A stretch of 64,000 nucleotides of DNA from a virus: positions 5,732 to 69,731 of IMG/VR virus record IMGVR_UViG_3300031963_000102. One strand, 5' to 3'. Positions 55,847-63,817 of the stretch are shown here, one piece after another; positions within the stretch are counted from its first letter, which is position 1; each line of letters starts with the position of its first letter. A program made the translations under genes and the position numbers. The notes under the pieces are model-generated. The model did no database searches and had not been told where the DNA came from. It saw nothing but the letters and a program-made list of their open reading frames with translations.

Positions 55847-56131
55847 ATGTCCGGTTCAACCATCAACAAGCTGATCGACAAGGGCATCAACAGGCTGTTG
55901 GATCGAAGGATTGCGAAGGCTGTTGTTTCTCCGTCGTTTTCGGTCGTCAACCTCATGGTTGGGTTCAGCGTGCTTGCGGCAGCGGACTATGTTCGCTGGA
56001 GAATCGGCGAAAGTCAGTCTATGGTTCCCCTCGATATGGCCATCGAAACAACCGTAACGAAGGTGCTCGATACCGCTGACGTTGTGCGCATGACCGTCAA
56101 CAAGGTCGTAAGCCGACCGAAAGGCCAGTAA
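55847..56131 (+). CDS. Hypothetical protein
   Basis: ATG after GAAAGGGTG; one hydrophobic stretch. Confidence 0.55.
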   Translation: MSGSTINKLIDKGINRLLDRRIAKAVVSPSFSVVNLMVGFSVLAAADYVRWRIGESQSMVPLDMAIETTVTKVLDTADVVRMTVNKVVSRPKGQ

Positions 56132-56132
56132 C

Positions 56133-56453
56133 ATGTCAGTTATGGACATCGAACGGGCAAAGAACAAGTACGAGGGCAAGCTGCTCCGGAAGGTTCGGCT
56201 CGACAACAACAGGATTCCACTTGTTACCCTTTGGCTCACGGAGCGCAACCAAAAACTTTGGAACTCCGGCGCTCTGGCAATTGAACCGAGCGATCTAGAA
56301 GAGGTTGACGAAATCTACACAGATGAAATTGTTCTGTGTTTGTCCATCTGTGATAAAAACGGCAATTGCAACATGGCATGTGTGAGTCCTAGGGGACAAC
56401 GAGGCTTTGCAACATTCTCCGGTCTCATGTGGGAAGTGGTGAAAGGCCAGTAA
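56133..56453 (+). CDS. Array protein (duplicate pair, copy 1)
   Basis: MSVMDIERAKNKYEGK...CVSPRGQRGF...MWEVV. Confidence 0.75.
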   Translation: MSVMDIERAKNKYEGKLLRKVRLDNNRIPLVTLWLTERNQKLWNSGALAIEPSDLEEVDEIYTDEIVLCLSICDKNGNCNMACVSPRGQRGFATFSGLMWEVVKGQ

Positions 56454-56454
56454 C

Positions 56455-56733
56455 ATGTCAGTCATGGATATCGAGCGGGCAAAGAACAAGTACGAAGGCA
56501 AGATGCTTCGAAAGGTTCGGCTCGACAACAACAGAATTCCGTTTATCAGGCTCTTTAGTACAGACTCCCTTGACGATGAGCTTGACCGAATCAACACAGG
56601 TGAAATTGTTCTGAGCTTGTCCATCTCTGATATCAGAGGATACTGGCACATGGAGTGTGTGAGTCCCGGTGGACGAAGAGGCTTCATGGGGTTTTCTACC
56701 TTCATGTGGGAAGTGGTGGAAGAGTCATGCTGA
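56455..56733 (+). CDS. Array protein (duplicate pair, copy 2)
   Basis: MSVMDIERAKNKYEGK...CVSPGGRRGF...MWEVV. Confidence 0.75.
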   Translation: MSVMDIERAKNKYEGKMLRKVRLDNNRIPFIRLFSTDSLDDELDRINTGEIVLSLSISDIRGYWHMECVSPGGRRGFMGFSTFMWEVVEESC

Positions 56734-56996
56734 CCGACACATGCCCCGAGTGCGTTGGAAAGCTGTTGAAGCACCTGTCTTTTTCTAGAAACGCATACGC
56801 ACAACTGCTGTTCGATGGCGTCAGGCACAAGCAAAGCGGGATGTACCTCGGCCATATCCCGCCACACGGAGTTGTTGTCTGTTTGGGTTTTGTTGGAGAT
56901 ATCTCCGGATCCTTCATGAAGGTCATGACCGCCAATGGCAGCGTGGGTTATGTGCATTTCGATGCAAGCGACTGGGAGTTGGTGGAAAGACAATGA
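56727..56996 (+). CDS. Array protein
   Basis: VGKLLK...VVCLGFVG...ANGSVGYV..DWELVE. Confidence 0.7.
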   Translation: MLTDTCPECVGKLLKHLSFSRNAYAQLLFDGVRHKQSGMYLGHIPPHGVVVCLGFVGDISGSFMKVMTANGSVGYVHFDASDWELVERQ

Positions 56997-57313
56997 AGCC
57001 AGAACCGAAACACAGGAGATTGGAGCCCGGTAAGCTATACAGAACCAATCGGCTTCTTGGCCTGCGCTCAAAGCTTGTGCTTGATAGCCGTCTCGGCATT
57101 TATCGCCTTACGGGCGATCTCATCCAACACCATGAAGACGGCGTCGTTTTCCTCCTGGATATTATCAAACTCAACGCCAAAAACCACAAGGGCGGCGAGC
57201 AGTATTTCTTGAGACTGCTTGGTCCGACCGGTAGAGTCTGGTACTGTCAACATGCTTACCCTGGCACACAAGCTTCCCGTGGCTTCGATGACTGTTGGGA
57301 CGAAGTGCAATGA
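56993..57313 (+). CDS. Array protein
   Basis: LEPGKLYR...PTGRV..CWDEV. Confidence 0.7.
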   Translation: MKPEPKHRRLEPGKLYRTNRLLGLRSKLVLDSRLGIYRLTGDLIQHHEDGVVFLLDIIKLNAKNHKGGEQYFLRLLGPTGRVWYCQHAYPGTQASRGFDDCWDEVQ

Positions 57314-57567
57314 CGGTAAAGTGGGCGACAGAACCTCGGCGTTTGAAGCCTGGACAGCTCGTGTGTTTCTTCGGCGAGTTCACATTCAATCCTGACTTCT
57401 GGGCATCAGATGACCCGACCATGTACAAGACGCATCGATGTGCTCGACCAAGGGAATTGTTCCTGGTTCTCTCCACAAGAGGAACGGCGCGCTTTCAGGT
57501 TGTCGATTCCCAGGGTGTCGTGGGCTTTCTTTCGTATGCGCTTTGGGATTGGAAGGTAATCACATGA
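57310..57567 (+). CDS. Array protein (VD..G.VGF subfamily)
   Basis: LKPGQLV...VVDSQGVVGF..WKVIT. Confidence 0.7.
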   Translation: MTVKWATEPRRLKPGQLVCFFGEFTFNPDFWASDDPTMYKTHRCARPRELFLVLSTRGTARFQVVDSQGVVGFLSYALWDWKVIT

Positions 57568-57788
57568 CAACACCGCTCAAACCCGGAGCTCTTGTGGAAG
57601 CTTCCACCCAGTTTTTTGGCATGCTGTTCTATCCACTAGCGCCCGGTTCGTCGGATCGGGTGGTTGTAACTGGCGAACTGTTCTTGGTTCTGCAGATTCG
57701 TGTCAATGGGGATTTGTGCGTTATTGATTCAAAAGGCGTTTCGGGCTTTCTTGCATCTGAAGCCTTGTGTTGGAGGGTGGTCACATGA
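57564..57788 (+). CDS. Array protein (VD..G.VGF subfamily)
   Basis: MTTPLKPGALV...IDSKGVSGF..WRVVT. Confidence 0.7.
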   Translation: MTTPLKPGALVEASTQFFGMLFYPLAPGSSDRVVVTGELFLVLQIRVNGDLCVIDSKGVSGFLASEALCWRVVT

Positions 57789-58048
57789 CAATCACATTCA
57801 TGCCTGGGCAGCTTTTGCGGCGAAGCTCCCACGACGATGAGCTCGAATTGGAGTTCTGGCACTCAGATGACCGGAACGATTGGAGAAGCCATGGCACCGT
57901 TCGACATGGCGACATTGTGTATGTTGTGGGACAGAGTTGCAGAACCACTCATGAATTTAGGCCCATGCCACTTATGCAAATCATCGATATCAACGGAAAG
58001 GTCGGGTTCGTTTCGAACAGCTCTCAACACTGGACAGTCATCACATGA
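57785..58048 (+). CDS. Array protein (VD..G.VGF subfamily)
   Basis: FMPGQLL...IDINGKVGFV..WTVIT. Confidence 0.7.
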   Translation: MTITFMPGQLLRRSSHDDELELEFWHSDDRNDWRSHGTVRHGDIVYVVGQSCRTTHEFRPMPLMQIIDINGKVGFVSNSSQHWTVIT

Positions 58049-58305
58049 CAACACCGTTCAAACCTGGCACTCTTGTGAAAGCCACGGAGCGTGCTGGCGG
58101 CAGTTCATTCTGGAAGACACCAAACATCAACGATCCCCGTAGACACGGAAGAGTTCGAGCTGGTGACGTGTTCTTGGTTCTGGAGGACGTTTCCAGCGGC
58201 GACCTGTTGCATGTTGTTGACCGAGCTGGTAATGTTGGGTTTGTTCCCGATTCTGCTGGCGGAGGGAGCACGCATGGGTCCGAATTTTGGAAGGCAATCA
58301 CATGA
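58045..58305 (+). CDS. Array protein (VD..G.VGF subfamily)
   Basis: FKPGTLV..FWKT...VVDRAGNVGFV..WKAIT. Confidence 0.7.
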   Translation: MTTPFKPGTLVKATERAGGSSFWKTPNINDPRRHGRVRAGDVFLVLEDVSSGDLLHVVDRAGNVGFVPDSAGGGSTHGSEFWKAIT

Positions 58306-58550
58306 CAGTTTCATTCAAACCTGGGGCTCTTGTGATTGCGCTGCAGCGTGTTGAAGGCGGACCGTTCTGGAAGACGGCTGATATCAACGATACTAGCAGG
58401 CACAGAGCCGTGGCAGAAGGAGAGGTGTTTGTTGTTCTGTCCTGTGATGAACAGGCCAACCAACTGCATGTTGTTGACTCTGCGGGCCTTGTCGGGTACG
58501 TACCCACCGCCCAAGGCCGAGAAAACTCAAACTGGATGCAAGTGAGCTAA
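58302..58550 (+). CDS. Array protein (VD..G.VGF subfamily)
   Basis: FKPGALV..FWKT...VVDSAGLVGYV. Confidence 0.7.
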   Translation: MTVSFKPGALVIALQRVEGGPFWKTADINDTSRHRAVAEGEVFVVLSCDEQANQLHVVDSAGLVGYVPTAQGRENSNWMQVS

Positions 58551-58554
58551 GCGT

Positions 58555-58857
58555 ATGTCAGCAAGGAAGCAACTAAGACTATTTCCGTTGAAGGCTTCGG
58601 AGATCCCGGAAGGCGGCAAAGAGATTGCGGGCGGAAGTTGGTATAGACTTCGCTATGGCTTGTCAGGGCTGAAGTTCCGGAAGCTGTTTGCTCGGTGTTT
58701 GCTTGTCAATCCGACCGAAAAGGTAGCGTGGAAGCCGGTAGAGATTCTCGACATGAGCTATGCGCAGTGCCAACTCAACGTGATCACACAGGAAGGAAGA
58801 CTTCTTCAGTGCTTTCTGGTTTCAGGCAACATTGTGTTTCTACTGGATGAGTCATGA
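58555..58857 (+). CDS. Hypothetical protein (possible divergent member)
   Basis: 100-aa ORF within the array; ITQEG turn. Confidence 0.5.
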   Translation: MSARKQLRLFPLKASEIPEGGKEIAGGSWYRLRYGLSGLKFRKLFARCLLVNPTEKVAWKPVEILDMSYAQCQLNVITQEGRLLQCFLVSGNIVFLLDES

Positions 58858-59129
58858 ACAACAACAAACCTAGTGGGTGCCACGAACAACTAGTTGGAAA
58901 GCTGCTAAAAAAGCTGCACGGCAGCAGTGGCATGTGGGAAGACACATACCAGACCAGCGATGGAACCACTTACGGGTCTATCTGGAGTGGGGTTATTTGC
59001 GAGGGTGACCTTGTTGTGTGTGTAGGCTTCGTTGGCGTCCCAAAAAAGGAATGGATGATGAAGTTTATTACCAGCGATGGTGATGCAAGGTTTATGCATT
59101 TTGCTTATTCAGATTGGAAGTTGTTGTGA
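58854..59129 (+). CDS. Array protein
   Basis: VGKLLK...VVCVGFVG..DWKL, paralog of 56727. Confidence 0.7.
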   Translation: MNNNKPSGCHEQLVGKLLKKLHGSSGMWEDTYQTSDGTTYGSIWSGVICEGDLVVCVGFVGVPKKEWMMKFITSDGDARFMHFAYSDWKLL

Positions 59130-59353
59130 AACCAGGAACGGTCTTGAAGCCGCTCTACCGACTTACAGGCGGGTGGAATCGGCATGATAGCCGGGAAGTT
59201 ACGCTCCAGCAGGGAGAGTTGGTTCTTGTCTTGCACTGGGCAACTCGTTCTTTGTTGAGTGCCGAGGGTGAGCTGTTTCGCTTTCCGCTCAGTTGGGTGG
59301 GGTCCACGGACTTTTTGGTTGTGTGTGAACCAAAAGAGGATACAACCACATGA
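59126..59353 (+). CDS. Array protein
   Basis: KPGTVL...QGELVLVL...SAEG. Confidence 0.65.
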   Translation: MKPGTVLKPLYRLTGGWNRHDSREVTLQQGELVLVLHWATRSLLSAEGELFRFPLSWVGSTDFLVVCEPKEDTTT

Positions 59354-59595
59354 GTTTCACAGCAGGAGACATTGTGAGGTTCGAAGGCGCAACAACATCC
59401 CGTATTATATTCTGGAAGAACGACAACCCAAGCGACTTCGGAATGCACCGGAATCTTGAACATGGAGATGTCTTCGTCGTTCTTGCCGATGCCACAAATG
59501 ACATGACCTTTTTCAAGGTTGTTGATTCGAGTGGAGCCGTGGGCTCCCTTCCAAGCCCAAACTCGGAAGCCTACTGGAAGGTAGTGAAGCCATGA
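59350..59595 (+). CDS. Array protein (VD..G.VG subfamily)
   Basis: FTAGDIV..FWK...VVDSSGAVG..YWKVV. Confidence 0.7.
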   Translation: MSFTAGDIVRFEGATTSRIIFWKNDNPSDFGMHRNLEHGDVFVVLADATNDMTFFKVVDSSGAVGSLPSPNSEAYWKVVKP

Positions 59596-60008
59596 CAATC
59601 ATCGATCTAGATATTGACAGGATCAGGTACACTGGAAAGCTACACGTAGGAGAGATGAGGGACATGCCAACCCTCCAACTATCCGACTTGGACAGCGACC
59701 TTGTGTTTCCGGGACTGTATCGAACGAGGGATCAGCTGTCATTGTTTCCTTCGCTTGAACGTGTTTCTAAGATAGATTCTACACCGTCCAATAAGTTGGA
59801 GTTCGACAAGGTAGCTTGTGGCCAGCTTGTAAGCATTCCGAGCGGGCTTGCTGTCAAAGTACACGGGCTTTTACTGGTACAAGTGATTCCACCATCCGGC
59901 CACTCTGGATGGTTGGTCTTCCACTTTCATGACACTTGCAACGGCATGCCTCCTCCGAAATTCGCCGTTGCCTTCCAGTTCAGCAGTTGGTTTGACAGGG
60001 TAGCATGA
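59592..60008 (+). CDS. Hypothetical protein, extended array-like member
   Basis: FPGLYR...PSGHSGWL. Confidence 0.55.
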   Translation: MTIIDLDIDRIRYTGKLHVGEMRDMPTLQLSDLDSDLVFPGLYRTRDQLSLFPSLERVSKIDSTPSNKLEFDKVACGQLVSIPSGLAVKVHGLLLVQVIPPSGHSGWLVFHFHDTCNGMPPPKFAVAFQFSSWFDRVA

Positions 60009-60403
60009 AACACATTCTATCAGAGCAAGACCCAACGATCGTCACACCTGCTTGGTATAGGCTGTTGGACAAGTTTCACCCGCTATACAACACGCTGGAA
60101 CCAGACAGCTATGATTCACTGAATCCCATAAGCGCAGGAACCAACTTCATAGTAGATCCTGACAGCGATGGCCTGCACAGGCTTTACATTCCAACAGGAG
60201 AGATACACTGGACGCCGAAGAACAGCGAGCTCATGAGCTCTAGAGCCCGCTGGGCCATGATAATGTGTGTCACTCCAGCCGGAGAAGTTGGATGGCTGTC
60301 CATCGGCTATGCTCTTCATGATGACATAAAGACTCTGACGAAAGCTGACATAAGCGTGTCGTTCTATCGTCACTTCAAGGCTCTACCCTCACATAATCCT
60401 TGA
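60005..60403 (+). CDS. Hypothetical protein, extended array-like member
   Basis: PAWYR...TPAGEVGWL. Confidence 0.55.
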   Translation: MKHILSEQDPTIVTPAWYRLLDKFHPLYNTLEPDSYDSLNPISAGTNFIVDPDSDGLHRLYIPTGEIHWTPKNSELMSSRARWAMIMCVTPAGEVGWLSIGYALHDDIKTLTKADISVSFYRHFKALPSHNP

Positions 60404-60428
60404 TATATGAATGTGGTTGTGATAGAAT
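60400..60428 (+). promoter_or_regulatory. sigma70-like leaderless promoter TTGATA-17-TAGAAT-6-ATG
   Basis: ATAATCC upstream; ATG at 60435. Confidence 0.75.
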
Positions 60429-60434
60429 GAGGCT

Positions 60435-60776
60435 ATGACACACTGGCTCACACAGGGACATTCCGAGATTGACCTTCGAGAAACCATGCATCGTTGTGGG
60501 TTTCGAAAGCCTGGACTGTACCGGGTCACCAGAGCAGGAAATAGAACCATGGTGTTCCACTGGGTTGGCGGTGTCTGGAGATGGAAAAGTGAAGCTCTCA
60601 ATCATAATGACTTACTTTTCTTTCTTCGGGCTGAATACGTGAGCACCACCGACAATCGCATCATTTTGGTGTTTCTAGCCAGTGATGGTGCTGAATGCAG
60701 GTGCCATGCCGACCATCCTTTCAGCGAGGACAGACACTCTAGGCTCAAGGATTCCTTCGAGCCCGTAACCGAATAA
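60435..60776 (+). CDS. Array-like protein
   Basis: KPGLYR...FLASDG. Confidence 0.6.
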   Translation: MTHWLTQGHSEIDLRETMHRCGFRKPGLYRVTRAGNRTMVFHWVGGVWRWKSEALNHNDLLFFLRAEYVSTTDNRIILVFLASDGAECRCHADHPFSEDRHSRLKDSFEPVTE

Positions 60777-60795
60777 CAGAACAGGAAACTCAATC

Positions 60796-61932
60796 ATGCG
60801 AACACTATACACACGAGACAGTCTAGGAAACTTGCGTTCATGGAGAATGGAAGTTGACGGCAACCGTTATCGAACCATCTCTGGTCTTGTTGACGGAGAA
60901 CAAGTCAGCTCTGAGTGGACCGTGATCCATGAGGGCAAGAACATAGGCCGTAGCAACGCTACAACGGCCCAAGAGCAGGCTCAGAGGGAAGTTGAAGCCC
61001 GATACACGAAGCAACTGAAGACGGGCTACACAGAGGCTCCTGATGGCAGCAACGGGGTAGCCACATATGTTGAGCCCATGCTTGCGAAGAGTTACGAAGA
61101 CTATCGAGGCAAGCTTGACTTCTCCAACGGAGACTGGTTGTTGAACATCAAGTACAACGGCTTGCGGGCTGTTGCAACGAAGGGCGGTCTTCACACAAGG
61201 AAGGGAGAGCGTTTTGTTTCTGTTCCTCACATCGAGCGTTCTCTGAAGAAGTTCTTCGACAAGCATCCAGACGCTGTTCTGGACGGTGAGCTGTTCAACG
61301 AGAACTATCGCCAACAGCTGAATGAGATTGTGAAGCTTGCAAGGAAGACCAAGAACGTCACGCAGAAGGACTTGGAGAGTTCGGAGAAGCTTATCGAGTT
61401 CTATGTGTATGACGGTTATGGTTTTGACGGCATGACGGAATCAACACCATACGAGACAAGGTTTGACTGGATTTCAAACGAGCTGTTTGGGATGTATGAA
61501 CACATCGGGTTTGTCCCGCACTGGAAGTTTTACTCTCCAGAACAGATGGACAAGCTCTACACAGATATTGTTTCGAAGGGGCACGAGGGAGCCATTCTCA
61601 GGTATGCCAAGATGCCTTACGAGCACAAGCGCAGCAAAAACCTGTTGAAGCTCAAGCCTGTTGACGATGCTGAGTTTGTTGTTGTGGATATCAACGAAGG
61701 CACAGGAAACTGGAGCGGCAAAGCCAAGATTATCTCGCTTCGCTCTCTTGACGGCAAGCTCACGTTCGATGCTTCTTTCAAGGGCACCATGGAGCAAGCA
61801 GAACAGGTGTTGAAGGACAAGGATAAATGGCTTGACAAGGTTGTGACCATCTGCTATAATGGTCTGACAGGACTGGGAACACCACAGTTCGCTCAGTTCG
61901 ACATCAACAACTGTATCAAGGGAGACAGGTAA
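60796..61932 (+). CDS. ATP-dependent DNA ligase with N-terminal WGR-like domain
   Basis: PMLA, KYNGLR (motif I), LDGEL, FYVYD, EGAILR, YEHKRS..LLKLK. Confidence 0.92.
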   Translation: MRTLYTRDSLGNLRSWRMEVDGNRYRTISGLVDGEQVSSEWTVIHEGKNIGRSNATTAQEQAQREVEARYTKQLKTGYTEAPDGSNGVATYVEPMLAKSYEDYRGKLDFSNGDWLLNIKYNGLRAVATKGGLHTRKGERFVSVPHIERSLKKFFDKHPDAVLDGELFNENYRQQLNEIVKLARKTKNVTQKDLESSEKLIEFYVYDGYGFDGMTESTPYETRFDWISNELFGMYEHIGFVPHWKFYSPEQMDKLYTDIVSKGHEGAILRYAKMPYEHKRSKNLLKLKPVDDAEFVVVDINEGTGNWSGKAKIISLRSLDGKLTFDASFKGTMEQAEQVLKDKDKWLDKVVTICYNGLTGLGTPQFAQFDINNCIKGDR

Positions 61933-61948
61933 GCCCTTCGGAGACACC

Positions 61949-62191
61949 ATGAAGAAGCCGAAACCAGATGTGGGACCAGAGTTCGTTGTTGGAGGAATCT
62001 ATGTGGACACACATCCCAGAGGAAGAGGCGTGTTCTTCGTGTTGTCTGTTGACCGTGACACAAAATACAACGGACATTACCATGTGCGAGCGCTGTTCTG
62101 CACTAGCGATATTTTCGCTTCAGGAGACGTGGGCAAGTTCGCCTTCACCGAAGGTTCGGCGTTCCACACTGACTGCGTGAGGATTGTATGA
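61949..62191 (+). CDS. Array protein, G-x-x-x-H subfamily
   Basis: FVVGGIY...GSAFH. Confidence 0.7.
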   Translation: MKKPKPDVGPEFVVGGIYVDTHPRGRGVFFVLSVDRDTKYNGHYHVRALFCTSDIFASGDVGKFAFTEGSAFHTDCVRIV

Positions 62192-62382
62192 ACACCAGAG
62201 TTGAACCTGTAACGTTGGTCGCCGGAGGTTTGTACCTGAGAAATGGGCTGTTCGTTGTCCTGTCGCTCGAATTCATAGTAGGCATGTTTTATGTTACATG
62301 CTTGTTCAGCACTGGCGTGGTAGACACACTCAGGTTCGAGTGGGGCAGTCAATTCCATTACAGCGTGCAGAGGATAGCGTGA
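62188..62382 (+). CDS. Array protein, G-x-x-x-H subfamily
   Basis: LVAGGLY...GSQFH..RIA. Confidence 0.7.
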   Translation: MNTRVEPVTLVAGGLYLRNGLFVVLSLEFIVGMFYVTCLFSTGVVDTLRFEWGSQFHYSVQRIA

Positions 62383-62576
62383 AGACTGCTGAAGGGTTTG
62401 TTGTAGGAGGCATATACCAGGACCATCGTGGATTGTTCATGGTGTTGGAAACCGGCATAAACTCAGAATATCCTCGCTATCTGATGCCGTTGGTGCTACG
62501 TTCCGATGGCGGCATTGTCATGCTAGACTTCATGATCGGTGGACCATACCATCATTCTATCAAGAGGATAGCATGA
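62379..62576 (+). CDS. Array protein, G-x-x-x-H subfamily
   Basis: FVVGGIY...GGPYH..RIA. Confidence 0.7.
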   Translation: MKTAEGFVVGGIYQDHRGLFMVLETGINSEYPRYLMPLVLRSDGGIVMLDFMIGGPYHHSIKRIA

Positions 62577-62770
62577 AAGATTTCGTCGAGCTGGCCGTTG
62601 GGGGCTTGTACACAGGAAAGTTCGAGGGGACTTTCCTGATTCTAGAAGTGCGTGAACGAAGTGACAGTCGAAGCATGCAACTAGTTGTGTTACATGCCAG
62701 CGGACGAGTCGAAACATTTTCTTTTCTGCAGTACGGACCATTTCACAACTCGTGTACAAGGTTAGCATAG
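62573..62770 (+). CDS. Array protein, G-x-x-x-H subfamily
   Basis: LAVGGLY...YGPFH..RLA. Confidence 0.7.
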   Translation: MKDFVELAVGGLYTGKFEGTFLILEVRERSDSRSMQLVVLHASGRVETFSFLQYGPFHNSCTRLA

Positions 62771-62774
62771 TCCA

Positions 62775-63050
62775 ATGTCGGTATTCCCTTCATCTTCAAG
62801 GAATCCAAACCTAGTGGTTCTCCAAGCGGGAAAGCTGTATAGAGTGCCTCCGGATCCATATAGCTATAGCGTTCGCCGTATGCTTGACTGGGACGAACTG
62901 GACGGCGATAACCTTGTGTTCGTGTGCAGCGTCGTTGGGATGGGACATGTGCAAGAGGTTGTCCTTATCGATTCAAGGGGCGTTGTATGGAAAGGACATA
63001 TGGACCACGGTAGCTACTATCACAAGAGATTTTGGGAGATAGACACATGA
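62775..63050 (+). CDS. Array protein, G-x-x-x-H subfamily
   Basis: LQAGKLYR...GSYYH. Confidence 0.7.
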   Translation: MSVFPSSSRNPNLVVLQAGKLYRVPPDPYSYSVRRMLDWDELDGDNLVFVCSVVGMGHVQEVVLIDSRGVVWKGHMDHGSYYHKRFWEIDT

Positions 63051-63304
63051 GCTTGGTTAGACCACCCCTGGTACGAAACCTAGTTGTGGGAGAGCTATAC
63101 ACGCTATCACTGGAACATGAGCCAAAGTTACTCATGATTCTGGCCTCAAGACTAGAGGAAGGTAGTTTTCCGAGAGGAACAACAGGTAAGCATGTTATGA
63201 TTTTTTATATCACCTACTTGAACGAAGAGGGACAGCTGTGTGAGGATTGCTTTGGATGGGGCTCTCCGCTTCACAAAGGACTTGTTCATGTCAGAGCTGG
63301 TTGA
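63047..63304 (+). CDS. Array protein, G-x-x-x-H subfamily
   Basis: LVVGELY...GSPLH. Confidence 0.7.
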   Translation: MSLVRPPLVRNLVVGELYTLSLEHEPKLLMILASRLEEGSFPRGTTGKHVMIFYITYLNEEGQLCEDCFGWGSPLHKGLVHVRAG

Positions 63305-63566
63305 TATCGTTCCTGGGCAGCTGTATGTTCTCATTGGAAGAGGGGAGGATTGGCCAGCGTTTATCAACTGGACAGAACAGCGCTATGACACCTTGGTGTT
63401 CGTGACATCTTTCAAGTCATGGACTGACACCGTTGCTGTTTTCTCGACTACCGGTTCATTCAAGGACCGGTACATACTCAGGTGCATCGACAGCACTGGG
63501 GAAGAACGTTCCTTGCCACTGTTTCGAATCGGAAGCGACTTGCACAAAAGGTTCAGACATGTCTAG
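63288..63566 (+). CDS. Array protein, G-x-x-x-H subfamily
   Basis: IVPGQLY...GSDLH. Confidence 0.7.
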   Translation: MSELVDIVPGQLYVLIGRGEDWPAFINWTEQRYDTLVFVTSFKSWTDTVAVFSTTGSFKDRYILRCIDSTGEERSLPLFRIGSDLHKRFRHV

Positions 63567-63816
63567 CGAAGTAGAACCGGTCAAGCTTGTTGTCGGAAAC
63601 CTTTATCGGGTTGTGCCAACGCATCCGAATGGAACAAATATATTTGTCAACGGTCCTCGCTGGTATGAGCTCGATGAGCCCGTCATGCTGCTCCGAAAAG
63701 AGAACAACACCACCACACAAGTGGTCTTGACTGTGTTTATGGTTGCAACAGGACAAGTCCAGAAAACAACATGTCATTTAGGGTATTCCATTCACTGTAC
63801 TTTGAGGGACATGTGA
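63559..63816 (+). CDS. Array protein, G-x-x-x-H subfamily
   Basis: LVVGNLYR...GYSIH. Confidence 0.7.
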   Translation: MSSEVEPVKLVVGNLYRVVPTHPNGTNIFVNGPRWYELDEPVMLLRKENNTTTQVVLTVFMVATGQVQKTTCHLGYSIHCTLRDM

Positions 63817-63817
63817 T

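Noticed and set aside
60796-61932. KYNG instead of KxDG in ligase motif I as a sign of inactivity
   Set aside because: KxNG is a known variant in nucleotidyltransferases, and all other motifs are intact.
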